A stretch of DNA of 64,000 nt, taken from Candidatus Falkowbacteria bacterium (GTDB lineage: Bacteria > Patescibacteriota > Patescibacteriia > Patescibacteriales > VMTK01). Numbering within the stretch: position 1 is the first letter of the stretch; the number at the start of each line of letters is the position of its first letter. The stretch spans positions 7,316 through 71,315 of the forward strand of contig VMTK01000018.1 in NCBI GenBank assembly GCA_013791585.1. Direction: 5' to 3'. Under the pieces are notes generated by a model. That model was not told the origin of the DNA and did no database searches. It worked only from the letters and a program-made list of their open reading frames with translations. Below, one piece after another: positions 9,226 to 17,023 of the stretch. The position numbers and the translations under genes were made by a program.

Positions 9226-11565
9226 ATGATAAAAGAGCAGAGTTTGCCAAATATAAACAATTTTGAAAAGCAGCCGGTGGAGGCTGAAGGGTTTGATATG
9301 GAAGAAAAGAATCGTGATTACGAATTACCGCTGGAAAAAGAAAAAGAAAGTTCAATGGAAATAATGAAGCAAATGGCAGAATATTACAATAAACTAAAGG
9401 AGCTAAAAGGCAAAAGCGGCACGGAAAAAATTAATAAAATAAAAAATTTTATTGGCGGCTCTAAAAATCAACAAGCAAAAATAAACCGTGTAAAAGCATT
9501 TTTGTCGCTTGAGCAAGATCCGGATATGGGAGATAGGATTATGCATTTAGGCGAGCGATTAAAAGAAAAACCAAAATTAGCGGATAAAGTATTTGCTGAA
9601 TACGCGGCAAATGTGGATAGCGCTGAAAAAAATGCCGATGAATTGGCGAAACTGTATAATGAAATATTTTTTGAAAAACAAATTGATCGTAATAAAGCTA
9701 AAATGGCTATGCTGAAAAATGCTGGAAATTTGTTGTATTGGGCGAATGAAGGATTATTCAGCTGTGAAGAGCAAGAAAAGGAAGATATGATTAATGATTT
9801 AATTTTACAGCTTAGGAGACAGGAAAAAGCGCAAAAAGCAATTTTAAATGATTTAAAAAGTTTGGCTGCAACATTAAACAAGAAGTATAAAGAGATTAAT
9901 GATTTATGGCGAAAAAAAGATTGGGATGAAGAGATAGAACTTCAAGCGCATTTTTTGGAGCAAGATGGATTTTCAAAAAAAGAGATTGAATCTCACATAG
10001 AGGCTATGGATGAACCTATAGAAAATTATATAGCTAGCATAGAAGAAAAAGATGAAATAGATAAACAAAAAAAATATGACAGTGAAAGAATTAAAAAAAT
10101 TATTAATAAATTAGAAAATTATTATAGAGAAAATTTATATCTTGATTCAATTTTAAAGTTAAGTGATTTTGCTAAAATTTGGCAAGTTGATGAAAGTCAA
10201 GCCAAAAAGATATTGGAAGATAAACGATTATATCAAGAAGAAAGATATAAGCCGTTTGTTGGCAAGTTTAAAATTTTATTAAAATTTCAACAAAGTTTTG
10301 AACAAAAGATAGATCAATTTATTTATGGTGATGGAATGCCGGAGTTGCCAGAAGGAGTAAAACAGGAAGCGGCTGATTTAATTTTTCAAAAATACCAGGA
10401 AATTATTGATCAAACTAAAATTACTAAGATTCAGCTTAAAGCTTTATTCAAAAATAAGAAAAAAGTTAGTGATGAGGAGATAGATCAAGCCACGGAAATT
10501 ATTATTAAAAAAGCTGACAACTTATTACATAATTTTGCACAGAGATTTAGCCAAGATGAAAAAATTGACGAGAAAGAAATAATAAATGAATTAGAAAACT
10601 ATAAAGCCAATTTAATCTTAACGGCCAGTGTTTGGAAAGCAGCTGATAAAGAAGGCATTAATTTTGAAGACTTGGAAGACGTTAGCTCTGAGCGGAAAAC
10701 AGCAGGTGAAATTACGGAGCATGGCAAGACCATGAAACTGGTTAATGAAATATACGATAGAGAAACAAGTAAAAAACAGCCTTTTATTCCCGGAGGCAAT
10801 ATAAGAAGCGCGATTTCACAATACGCGGCAGAAGCCAGTCCGGAGGAAAGGGAAAGAGCCGGCGAGATTTTAGAGATGATAAATATTTACAGCAAACAAT
10901 ACGCCCATAAACCGAAACTGCGGGAAAAATTAATACAAGGATTTATAGATAAATTAAATACGGCCGGAGACAAAACCGCGATTTATTCTTTTAAGAAAGG
11001 CGGCCATGTTTTAGCCTTTGACAGGTTTGACGATTTGGGAAAAGGCAAAAAATATTTTGGGTCATTCAACGTCCTGCCCGCGCTTACTGATTCGGCTATT
11101 GGCTCGGCTTTGTTGCGGGCAAGCTTGGACAAAGAAGCGGAGCAGTCAGCAGAAATAGAGGCGGACTGCGAGCCTGAAAAATTAATTAGCTCATATTATA
11201 TTGAAAAAGCCGGGTTTGTGGTAAAAAAAATAATCCCAGATTATGGAGACGCGGGGATTACAGCATTTAATATTTCCAGAAAAAAAGAAAACAGCAAGTA
11301 TTATTACAGGGATTACAAGGCGGAAGATTTAAAGAAAGAGCATGAAAATAATTTTTCTAACAATAAATTTAACAAAGACGATCAATATATAATATTAAAA
11401 TTTGAATCAAACGACGGCAAGCCGATAGAAAACGAACAGCAGATTAAAGAAATACTGGATCAAGCGGGCGATTTGATTAATAGCAATGGCTATGTGATGA
11501 CGAGATATATTTTCAGCAAAGACAGGCGGGCAGTTTACTGCGCGTTAGAAAGAGAAGGAAGCTGA
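9226..11565 (+). CDS. large hypothetical protein, coiled-coil N-terminal region, GNAT-like C-terminal region
   Basis: C-terminal SAIGSALLRASL and YYIEKAGFVV resemble GNAT motif A and the YEK.GF motif; rest unassigned. Confidence 0.55.
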   Translation: MIKEQSLPNINNFEKQPVEAEGFDMEEKNRDYELPLEKEKESSMEIMKQMAEYYNKLKELKGKSGTEKINKIKNFIGGSKNQQAKINRVKAFLSLEQDPDMGDRIMHLGERLKEKPKLADKVFAEYAANVDSAEKNADELAKLYNEIFFEKQIDRNKAKMAMLKNAGNLLYWANEGLFSCEEQEKEDMINDLILQLRRQEKAQKAILNDLKSLAATLNKKYKEINDLWRKKDWDEEIELQAHFLEQDGFSKKEIESHIEAMDEPIENYIASIEEKDEIDKQKKYDSERIKKIINKLENYYRENLYLDSILKLSDFAKIWQVDESQAKKILEDKRLYQEERYKPFVGKFKILLKFQQSFEQKIDQFIYGDGMPELPEGVKQEAADLIFQKYQEIIDQTKITKIQLKALFKNKKKVSDEEIDQATEIIIKKADNLLHNFAQRFSQDEKIDEKEIINELENYKANLILTASVWKAADKEGINFEDLEDVSSERKTAGEITEHGKTMKLVNEIYDRETSKKQPFIPGGNIRSAISQYAAEASPEERERAGEILEMINIYSKQYAHKPKLREKLIQGFIDKLNTAGDKTAIYSFKKGGHVLAFDRFDDLGKGKKYFGSFNVLPALTDSAIGSALLRASLDKEAEQSAEIEADCEPEKLISSYYIEKAGFVVKKIIPDYGDAGITAFNISRKKENSKYYYRDYKAEDLKKEHENNFSNNKFNKDDQYIILKFESNDGKPIENEQQIKEILDQAGDLINSNGYVMTRYIFSKDRRAVYCALEREGS

Positions 11566-12320
11566 TCGTATGCCTTTGAGCGATTCCATGTAAACTTAAA
11601 TAATGATTTATTGAATTGATAAATATTTTTATCATTTATAATCATTGATATAATGCCTTTCGTTGAAAGGGAAATATAGGCTACTTTTCCATCGTAAATT
11701 TCAACAATAGAGTTAAAAGGATATTTTAAATGGTCAATAAAACGAAACTCGCTAACTTTCGGGTGATAGTCTTTGAGATAATTTCTAGCGAACAACGTAT
11801 CAATTACTATAATTTTTTTCATAATATTCAGTTGCTCTCTTTTTTTCGCGTGTTCTCTGTTCAGCTTCTCCATATATTTAACAACCGCTTCAACATCCGC
11901 GAAAGTGCAAATTGTTTCTTTGGCGGTCAGCATATCGTCCAAAACTATTTTTAAGCCGTTTATTCCCTCAAAATACCTTACTCCCGGCTTGCCGGAAACC
12001 AGATTAAAATCCGAAACAATGCCAGATAGATTCGCTTCCAGGGTATTTTTCGCTTTTTTAAATTCGCTTTCTTTCTGCTCGGCAAAATCACGCAGTTTTT
12101 CAGGATGGTCCGGGCTGAAATAAGCGACTTTATCCTTGGTTTTCTGCGATGCCAGCCCCTTTTTAACTAATGCTGTTAAGGCATTATAAACAACTCCGCG
12201 CTTAAGCGGGGTTTTTTTAATGATTTTCCCGGCCGAAGATTCGCCGTTCTTTAATAGATATTCATAGACAACGGCTTCATTGGCCGACAGCCCTATTTGA
12301 GTAAAAATGTCTTTATACAT
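11535..12320 (-). CDS. TrmB-family winged-HTH regulator-like protein
   Basis: IGLSANEAVVYEYLLKNGESSAGKIIKKTPLKRGVVYNALTALVKKGL; 3' end overlaps the convergent 779-aa gene by 31 nt. Confidence 0.7.
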   Translation of the reverse strand: MYKDIFTQIGLSANEAVVYEYLLKNGESSAGKIIKKTPLKRGVVYNALTALVKKGLASQKTKDKVAYFSPDHPEKLRDFAEQKESEFKKAKNTLEANLSGIVSDFNLVSGKPGVRYFEGINGLKIVLDDMLTAKETICTFADVEAVVKYMEKLNREHAKKREQLNIMKKIIVIDTLFARNYLKDYHPKVSEFRFIDHLKYPFNSIVEIYDGKVAYISLSTKGIISMIINDKNIYQFNKSLFKFTWNRSKAYDQLPSLSNAQ

Positions 12321-12520
12321 GTTGTTTGCTTCGCAAAGCCCGGCTGCAAATCGGGCGCATGCGAATTAATGTTTTTTGCTTCGCAAAGCCCGGCTACGAA
12401 TCGGGCACATGCGAATTAATGTTTTTTGCTTCGCAAAGCCCGGCTACGAATCGGGCACATGCGAATTAATGTTTTTTGCTTCGCAAAGCCCGGCTACGAA
12501 TCGGGCACATGCGAATTAGC
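12321..12520. repeat. 4 x 50-nt head-to-tail tandem repeat, each unit a nested hairpin
   Basis: Units start at 12321, 12371, 12421, 12471. TTCGCA AA GCCCGG CTACGAA TCGGGC ACA TGCGAA; unit 1 has loop CTGCAAA. The array fills the whole intergenic gap, from the NTase stop codon to the TrmB-like start codon. Confidence 0.95.
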
Positions 12521-13130
12521 TTATGTTTTCTAGAATATTTTTTCTTAATTTTGCCATTTGCTGATTATTTATTTTTAGCTCTTCAGCCTTGCTTGCCTTG
12601 GTTAAAATTTCTTCAATTTCATTATATAAATTAGTTATCTTATATTCTTGGCTTAATTTTTTGAAAAATTTCCAGTCAATATCAACAGCATCCAACATGC
12701 TGATTATGTCAATTTTATCTTTTTCTCCTTTGATTGAATTTTTACGGTCTTGATAGGCAAATAATTTCAGCAGTAAAAGAACCTCAATTTTAGGAACAAT
12801 AAAACCCTCTATGTTTTGCGCGCAGCCGCTTATCTTTTCCAATGGAAAGCCGATTTTTGAATAATGCGGCAGATAAATATCAATATCAAATTCGCCTAAT
12901 TTTATTTCATATTTTTTCAGCCGCTCATTTTTAATGACTTGGTATTTTTCTTTCAGCTTTCCAAGCTCATTATAATCAATAACTATGTCAATATCTTTTG
13001 ACTTCATTTTTTTTGTCCAAAGATAAACAGCCCAGCCGCCGATTAAAATAAAATTAAATTTTTCATTTAATTCCCGCAGGGCTTGATAGCTTTTATCTGT
13101 TATATTGTCATGCCAAAATTGTTTGGTCAT
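12516..13130 (-). CDS. nucleotidyltransferase-fold protein (AbiEii/MenT-like toxin candidate)
   Basis: FILIGGWAVYLW..KSKDIDIVI..FDIDIY (GG..., DxD pattern); 4-nt overlap with the upstream HTH gene. Confidence 0.55.
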   Translation of the reverse strand: MTKQFWHDNITDKSYQALRELNEKFNFILIGGWAVYLWTKKMKSKDIDIVIDYNELGKLKEKYQVIKNERLKKYEIKLGEFDIDIYLPHYSKIGFPLEKISGCAQNIEGFIVPKIEVLLLLKLFAYQDRKNSIKGEKDKIDIISMLDAVDIDWKFFKKLSQEYKITNLYNEIEEILTKASKAEELKINNQQMAKLRKNILENIS

Positions 13131-13708
13131 ATTTTAATTCTTTCTTTTAATTTTTTTAAAAATTCCTGCGCGCACCAGCTATCATCATTCCATAAGTCAA
13201 CGAAAATCTGCCCCAATGTTCCGCATTGGCCGTAATCCTTTAAATATTCATCCTGCTTTAAAACATAAAGATTTTCAGGGCCTTTTTTCGCTGGAAATCT
13301 TTTTTTGATTTCATCAATGTTGGAGCCGTAAATATAAACTTTGCCATAGTCAGACGGCGTTTCCTTGAATTTATATTTATAAGCGCTAAAACTCGCCCAG
13401 ATAATATCCGAGGGCATATTAGCTTCAATTTTTTCAATCGGCTCGCCAACAAAGGTTTTATAGATTATATCTTTACTAAGCTTCCTGTGCGTTCCCCATA
13501 AATAAAGCATTTTTTCAATATTTATCAGCTTAAAGCCGCTGCCGGATACTTGAATCGCTTTAATTTCACGGGGGATTTTTAAGGCGTTAAAGACAGTTGA
13601 TAAGGAAAAATTGAATTTTTTAGCCAGTTCCTGTTGTTGAAAGTTAAAATTGTTTTTTTCTATTGATTGGTAAAGCATTTCGCGCCAAATCACTTCTTTT
13701 TTGAACAT
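13127..13708 (-). CDS. HTH protein, AbiEi-like antitoxin candidate
   Basis: QQELAKKFNFSLSTVFNALK HTH; coupled to the NTase gene. Confidence 0.5.
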   Translation of the reverse strand: MFKKEVIWREMLYQSIEKNNFNFQQQELAKKFNFSLSTVFNALKIPREIKAIQVSGSGFKLINIEKMLYLWGTHRKLSKDIIYKTFVGEPIEKIEANMPSDIIWASFSAYKYKFKETPSDYGKVYIYGSNIDEIKKRFPAKKGPENLYVLKQDEYLKDYGQCGTLGQIFVDLWNDDSWCAQEFLKKLKERIKI

Positions 13709-13750
13709 ATAATTAAGTTGTTTCTAAAATTGATAATAAAATATAGCTTT

Positions 13751-13770
13751 ATTTCTATTATAGTAGAAAT
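13751..13770. promoter_or_regulatory. palindrome ATTTCTA-N6-TAGAAAT upstream of the HTH/NTase operon (possible operator)
   Basis: Read directly, about 45 nt upstream of the start at 13708. Confidence 0.3.
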
Positions 13771-14007
13771 AGAATAAATGTCAAGTTTATTTTAAAGTGT
13801 TCTATAAAAAATGTGAATCAAGGTATTGGCTGTGCAATTAATTATATCACATCTAAAATAATTGTCAAGAAAAAATGATAAATATAATTATTTGATTGTT
13901 TTATATTGTCATTGAAATATGATAAAAATAGCAAAAATATAAATAATCTATTTAAGCTAAAATTAGCTTAATATTATCGCATTTGACAGAAATAAAGTCA
14001 TATACTC

Positions 14008-14036
14008 TTGACAAGATATAAAGGGTATGCTATACT
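14008..14036 (+). promoter_or_regulatory. near-consensus sigma70 promoter TTGACA-17-TATACT
   Basis: Exact -35, 17-nt spacer, 5/6 -10; fires into the ORF-free region 14.04-15.26 kb. Confidence 0.55.
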
Positions 14037-14160
14037 GGTATATCAAGCTAAAAAGATAGCTTTGATAAAAACAGCACTTTAAATTAAAATAAAATACTTT
14101 TCAGTCTTCTGCTTAGCGGGTTAGAGTGGTAATAGCTATAAATAATTATGGCTTTATCCA

Positions 14161-14323
14161 TTAGACTTGCCGCGTAATTAGTTTCTACTGCAATTTCCAT
14201 ATTTTGGCCAAATTTCCCAAAAATTTTTTCAGCTTAGCTCAGGCTAAACCTCAAAAATTGTTTGAAAAATTTGACTCAAAATCTGAAAATTTCGTTACAA
14301 AACTAATTACGCGGCAAGTCTAA
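14161..14323. mobile_element. MITE-like 163-bp element with 24-bp perfect terminal inverted repeats
   Basis: TTAGACTTGCCGCGTAATTAGTTT (14161-14184) and its exact reverse complement (14300-14323); arms continue imperfectly; flanked by TCCA at 14157-14160 and 14324-14327. Confidence 0.45.
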
Positions 14324-14410
14324 TCCAAAAGGCATAAAATTGAAAAATGCTAGCGAGTGGCATTTCTTTCAAGCCAAATGCTTGTCGGCTTGAAAGAAGT
14401 CCAGTCTCTG

Positions 14411-14497
14411 GGATTTGAAACGCGGCGCTACAAATGCCGCCCATCCGAATAAACGGATTTGAAACGCGGCGCTACAAATGCCGCTCGTGCGAATAGA
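14411..14497 (+). repeat. two 44-nt-spaced units GGATTTGAAAC GCGGCG|CTACAAA|TGCCGC + (CCAT CCGAATA / TCGT GCGAATA)
   Basis: Hairpin-family copies 6 and 7 (stems 14422-14440 and 14466-14484). Confidence 0.85.
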
Positions 14498-14552
14498 ACA
14501 GGGATTAAATAGCACATTAAATTAAAATATTATTGTTCTTTATAAATAAAAC

Positions 14553-14727
14553 GCAATCAAGGAAACTAATGAAGAAGATTATTTATAACTATGATTTATG
14601 GCCAAGGCCTAAGTTAAGGTTATAAAGATCAATAAAATAAGTGCATAAAACAGCAAGGGATATCAAATAATAACTAAGCTCTTTAATAATTCATCTATTG
14701 CTCTTCTTCATCATTTTCTTTGATTGC
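14553..14727. repeat. 26-nt imperfect inverted repeats enclosing about 120 nt
   Basis: GCAATCAAGGAAACTAATGAAGAAGA vs TCTTCTTCATCATTTTCTTTGATTGC, 23/26 complementary. Confidence 0.7.
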
Positions 14728-15140
14728 AAAATCAGCTAAAAGCGATTGCTGTAAATTTTAGAATAAAAGCAGATTAAGCCATGCTTGTAATCTGCTTCCT
14801 AAGATATAATAGCCGCTTTAGTTCGTCCCGCTCCAATATAAATTTGGGCGGGAGATGGAATTAATTTTTGAATTATTATTTTAAATAATTATTCAAAAAA
14901 AGCGTAATCTAAATTGCACGAACCAATTTTGATAACGCGCCGCTTGAGTAAATTGTGATTCAGTTGTCTTTAAAAGATGATGAAATCCATTTTAAAGCGA
15001 TTCTGTCAACTGATGTGTTTGCCTCTCGAAAATCCCGAGGGAAGGACATTGGCTGGACGCAAAGTCTTGAACCCGCTTTGTGTCTAGAAATGTCTTAGCT
15101 AATAATTTAGAGCAATCCCGTTATTTATGACGGAGTAAGC

Positions 15141-15261
15141 GTTCTTTAAAACAAAATTTAAACTGAGGCAAAATGGAAATTAAATTTTTTAGTTTTTATT
15201 TTGTCTCAGTTTAGAGGCATAAACATTGAGCCCAGCCCGAGGGGAAATTCGGGCAAGGAGG
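15141..15261 (+). promoter_or_regulatory. 121-nt structured leader, copy 1 (ends in the SD AAGGAGG)
   Basis: 118/121 identical to 17024-17144; 15-bp stem 15160-15174/15198-15212; CCCGA..TCGGG hairpin 15236-15253 next to the SD. Confidence 0.8.
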
Positions 15262-15265
15262 AAAA

Positions 15266-16219
15266 ATGAATTTTTTTCAAATTGATCCGCGACCTGTCGG
15301 CCGTGGAGCGAATGAAAAGTTTTTTTCCGAGAACAGCAATGTCCTCGGAATTGAAGTAACTATTCCTGAGTGGGCATCTCGATGTTCATTTGGGAATATA
15401 GATCATCACGGCTCACAAGACACGGCGGAAACTCCGTCGGCTTGTGAACAAGCCATAAAGTATGGGACGCGATTTTTCGGTCGCCCCTGTTGCGGCGGTG
15501 GCTGGGATACTTATTCGTGTCCCAAATGTGACGGGGCTGATTGTCCTCCGGTTAAACCGGAGGCAATAGTCACTGTTCGCCCTGATGCGGATTCTGTGAC
15601 GGCAATGGCAGTTGTTTTTTCTTGCCTTTTAGGGGGTGGGCGAGAGATTGATCGCGACCTTGTAAAAATGGTCGGAACATTCGACCGACTTGGACATCAT
15701 GCCGAGCAACGCGATGACCGAGTTGTCGCCATTGCCCGAGTCTCCGCAGATTTCAAGCGTTCGCTCACAGAGCGAGTCGCTTGGGTGCAGGGATTGCTCG
15801 CTGGAAACAGTGAGCAGATGGCTGAGGTGGCTGAACTTGTTGCGGAACGCGATAAAGAATTTGCTGAGGCCAAAGTGGCGAGTGAGATTAATCTTGTCGC
15901 TAACGGTCGGATTGCTACGGTTGTTTCGTCGCATCGTTTTGCGACAAACTTGGGTTATGAGTATGCGACAGTTGTCGTAGCTCAAAACCCTGAAATGCCC
16001 GTGAATTTTCGTGACCCGTTCGCTGGTACATACAATAAATTTACGGTGTGTCGGTATAATTCGCACACACCGTGTAATTTACCGGCGGCACTTGCTGAGC
16101 TCCAAGTATTGGAGCCCGGCTGGGGCGGTCGAGGGGATATCTTCGGATCTCCTCAAGGAGTAAACTCTAAACTAACCCTCAACCAAGTGGTTGAGGTGGT
16201 TCAGAAACACCTCAAATAA
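15266..16219 (+). CDS. hypothetical protein with DHH/DHHA1-like motifs in non-canonical order and a Cys cluster
   Basis: GNIDHHG (aa 43-49), VRPDADS (aa 104-110), GWGGRGDIFGSPQG near the C-terminus; RPCCGGGWDTYSCPKCDGADC; strong SD; higher G+C than its surroundings. Confidence 0.7.
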   Translation: MNFFQIDPRPVGRGANEKFFSENSNVLGIEVTIPEWASRCSFGNIDHHGSQDTAETPSACEQAIKYGTRFFGRPCCGGGWDTYSCPKCDGADCPPVKPEAIVTVRPDADSVTAMAVVFSCLLGGGREIDRDLVKMVGTFDRLGHHAEQRDDRVVAIARVSADFKRSLTERVAWVQGLLAGNSEQMAEVAELVAERDKEFAEAKVASEINLVANGRIATVVSSHRFATNLGYEYATVVVAQNPEMPVNFRDPFAGTYNKFTVCRYNSHTPCNLPAALAELQVLEPGWGGRGDIFGSPQGVNSKLTLNQVVEVVQKHLK

Positions 16220-16286
16220 TATTCATCTCTCCCAAGTAAACGCGCGCTTGGGAGAGTAAAAAAATAGCGCTAAAAAAGGTTCACTT

Positions 16287-16325
16287 CGGGTAGGGATAAG
16301 TAGTTTTATTCCTACCCGCTTTTTC
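16287..16325 (+). terminator. rho-independent terminator
   Basis: CGGGTAGG..CCTACCCG followed by CTTTTT. Confidence 0.6.
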
Positions 16326-16494
16326 CAAGATTATCATTTTTATATTTAATAGTTAAATAATATTTTCATACTGCGGTTTTTGCCACAGGGTAATTTACTT
16401 AATTTAGCAAAAAATATAAATGGTGATTTTAGAGGAAGTAATTCTTTAGATTGTTCTTTATAATTAAATAATACATATTAAAAATTTTCATTGA

Positions 16495-16606
16495 TTTCTC
16501 CCTTTCTTTATAAATTCATTTACCTTTTAAGCTGATAAATATTTTTTAGCTTAAAAGGTAAATGAATAAAAATGCTACATTTTTGGCAAAAAAAGAAAGG
16601 GGGAAA
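16495..16606 (+). promoter_or_regulatory. SD-sequestering leader structure upstream of the 109-aa ORF
   Basis: 16495-16509 (TTTCTCCCTTTCTTT) pairs with 16592-16606 (AAAGAAAGGGGGAAA, includes the SD; one G-U); perfect 20-bp inner hairpin 16514-16533/16548-16567. Confidence 0.5.
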
Positions 16607-16608
16607 AA

Positions 16609-16938
16609 ATGAAAAAAGACAGAAAATTTGAAAGCCTCTTGCGTGAGATTCTTGGAGACCCAAATTTTTGGGTTCCTGGAGTTGGAAATGGAGGAATTGA
16701 GGGCGTCCTTGATGCCCTCAATTCTTTAAACGATGCGGAGATAATCCGCATCATTAGGGGAGGAGACAAAGCTAAATCCACCGCTTCGGTGGATTTTGAG
16801 AAAGAGCTCTCTTTAATAGAAGAGAGCATAAAGCGTCAGACAGCAGGAAGTGATCCTGCTTATGACACCCTCTATTACGCGTATGCCAACGCGTATGGAG
16901 AAGTTTGTGCCCTCATAGAAAACCTGCTAAGGGGTTAA
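16609..16938 (+). CDS. hypothetical protein (109 aa)
   Basis: ORF with a GGGGG SD and its own terminator; no recognisable motif. Confidence 0.6.
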   Translation: MKKDRKFESLLREILGDPNFWVPGVGNGGIEGVLDALNSLNDAEIIRIIRGGDKAKSTASVDFEKELSLIEESIKRQTAGSDPAYDTLYYAYANAYGEVCALIENLLRG

Positions 16939-16948
16939 TTGGTTTAAC

Positions 16949-16984
16949 GGGGAGTTTTTCTTGGTAAAAACTCCCCATCTTTCC
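16949..16984 (+). terminator. hairpin terminator GGGGAGTTTTT..AAAAACTCCCC
   Basis: 11-bp stem, 6-nt loop, T-rich tail. Confidence 0.5.
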
Positions 16985-17023
16985 AAATTCACCAATATGA
17001 TTGGCGGATTTAGAAAGGTGATT

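Noticed and set aside
12321-12520. CRISPR array
   Set aside because: The units are contiguous, with no spacers between repeats.
14411-14497. Possible mini-CRISPR array: a 30-nt unit with a GAAAC-containing segment (GGATTTGAAAC), repeated twice
   Set aside because: There are only two units, 14 nt apart, with no spacer-sized unique sequence and no cas genes in the window. The hairpin belongs to the wider CTRCRAA family. A solitary-repeat or repeat-mimic role cannot be excluded, but it is not supported.
14977-15087. 36-aa ORF (MMKSILKRFCQLMCLPLENPEGRTLAGRKVLNPLCV) in the leader, considered as a Cys-containing peptide precursor
   Set aside because: There is no Shine-Dalgarno site, it is very short, and nothing else supports it. 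It is kept only as a possibility to test with Ribo-seq.
15629-16066. Overlapping ORFs 15629..16066 (-) and 15690..15980 (+) inside the 317-aa gene, and 17548..17877, 17648..17890, 17991..18212 inside the 252-aa gene
   Set aside because: Long spurious frames are expected in higher-G+C DNA. They have no SD, and they are nested in ORFs that do have an SD and a terminator.
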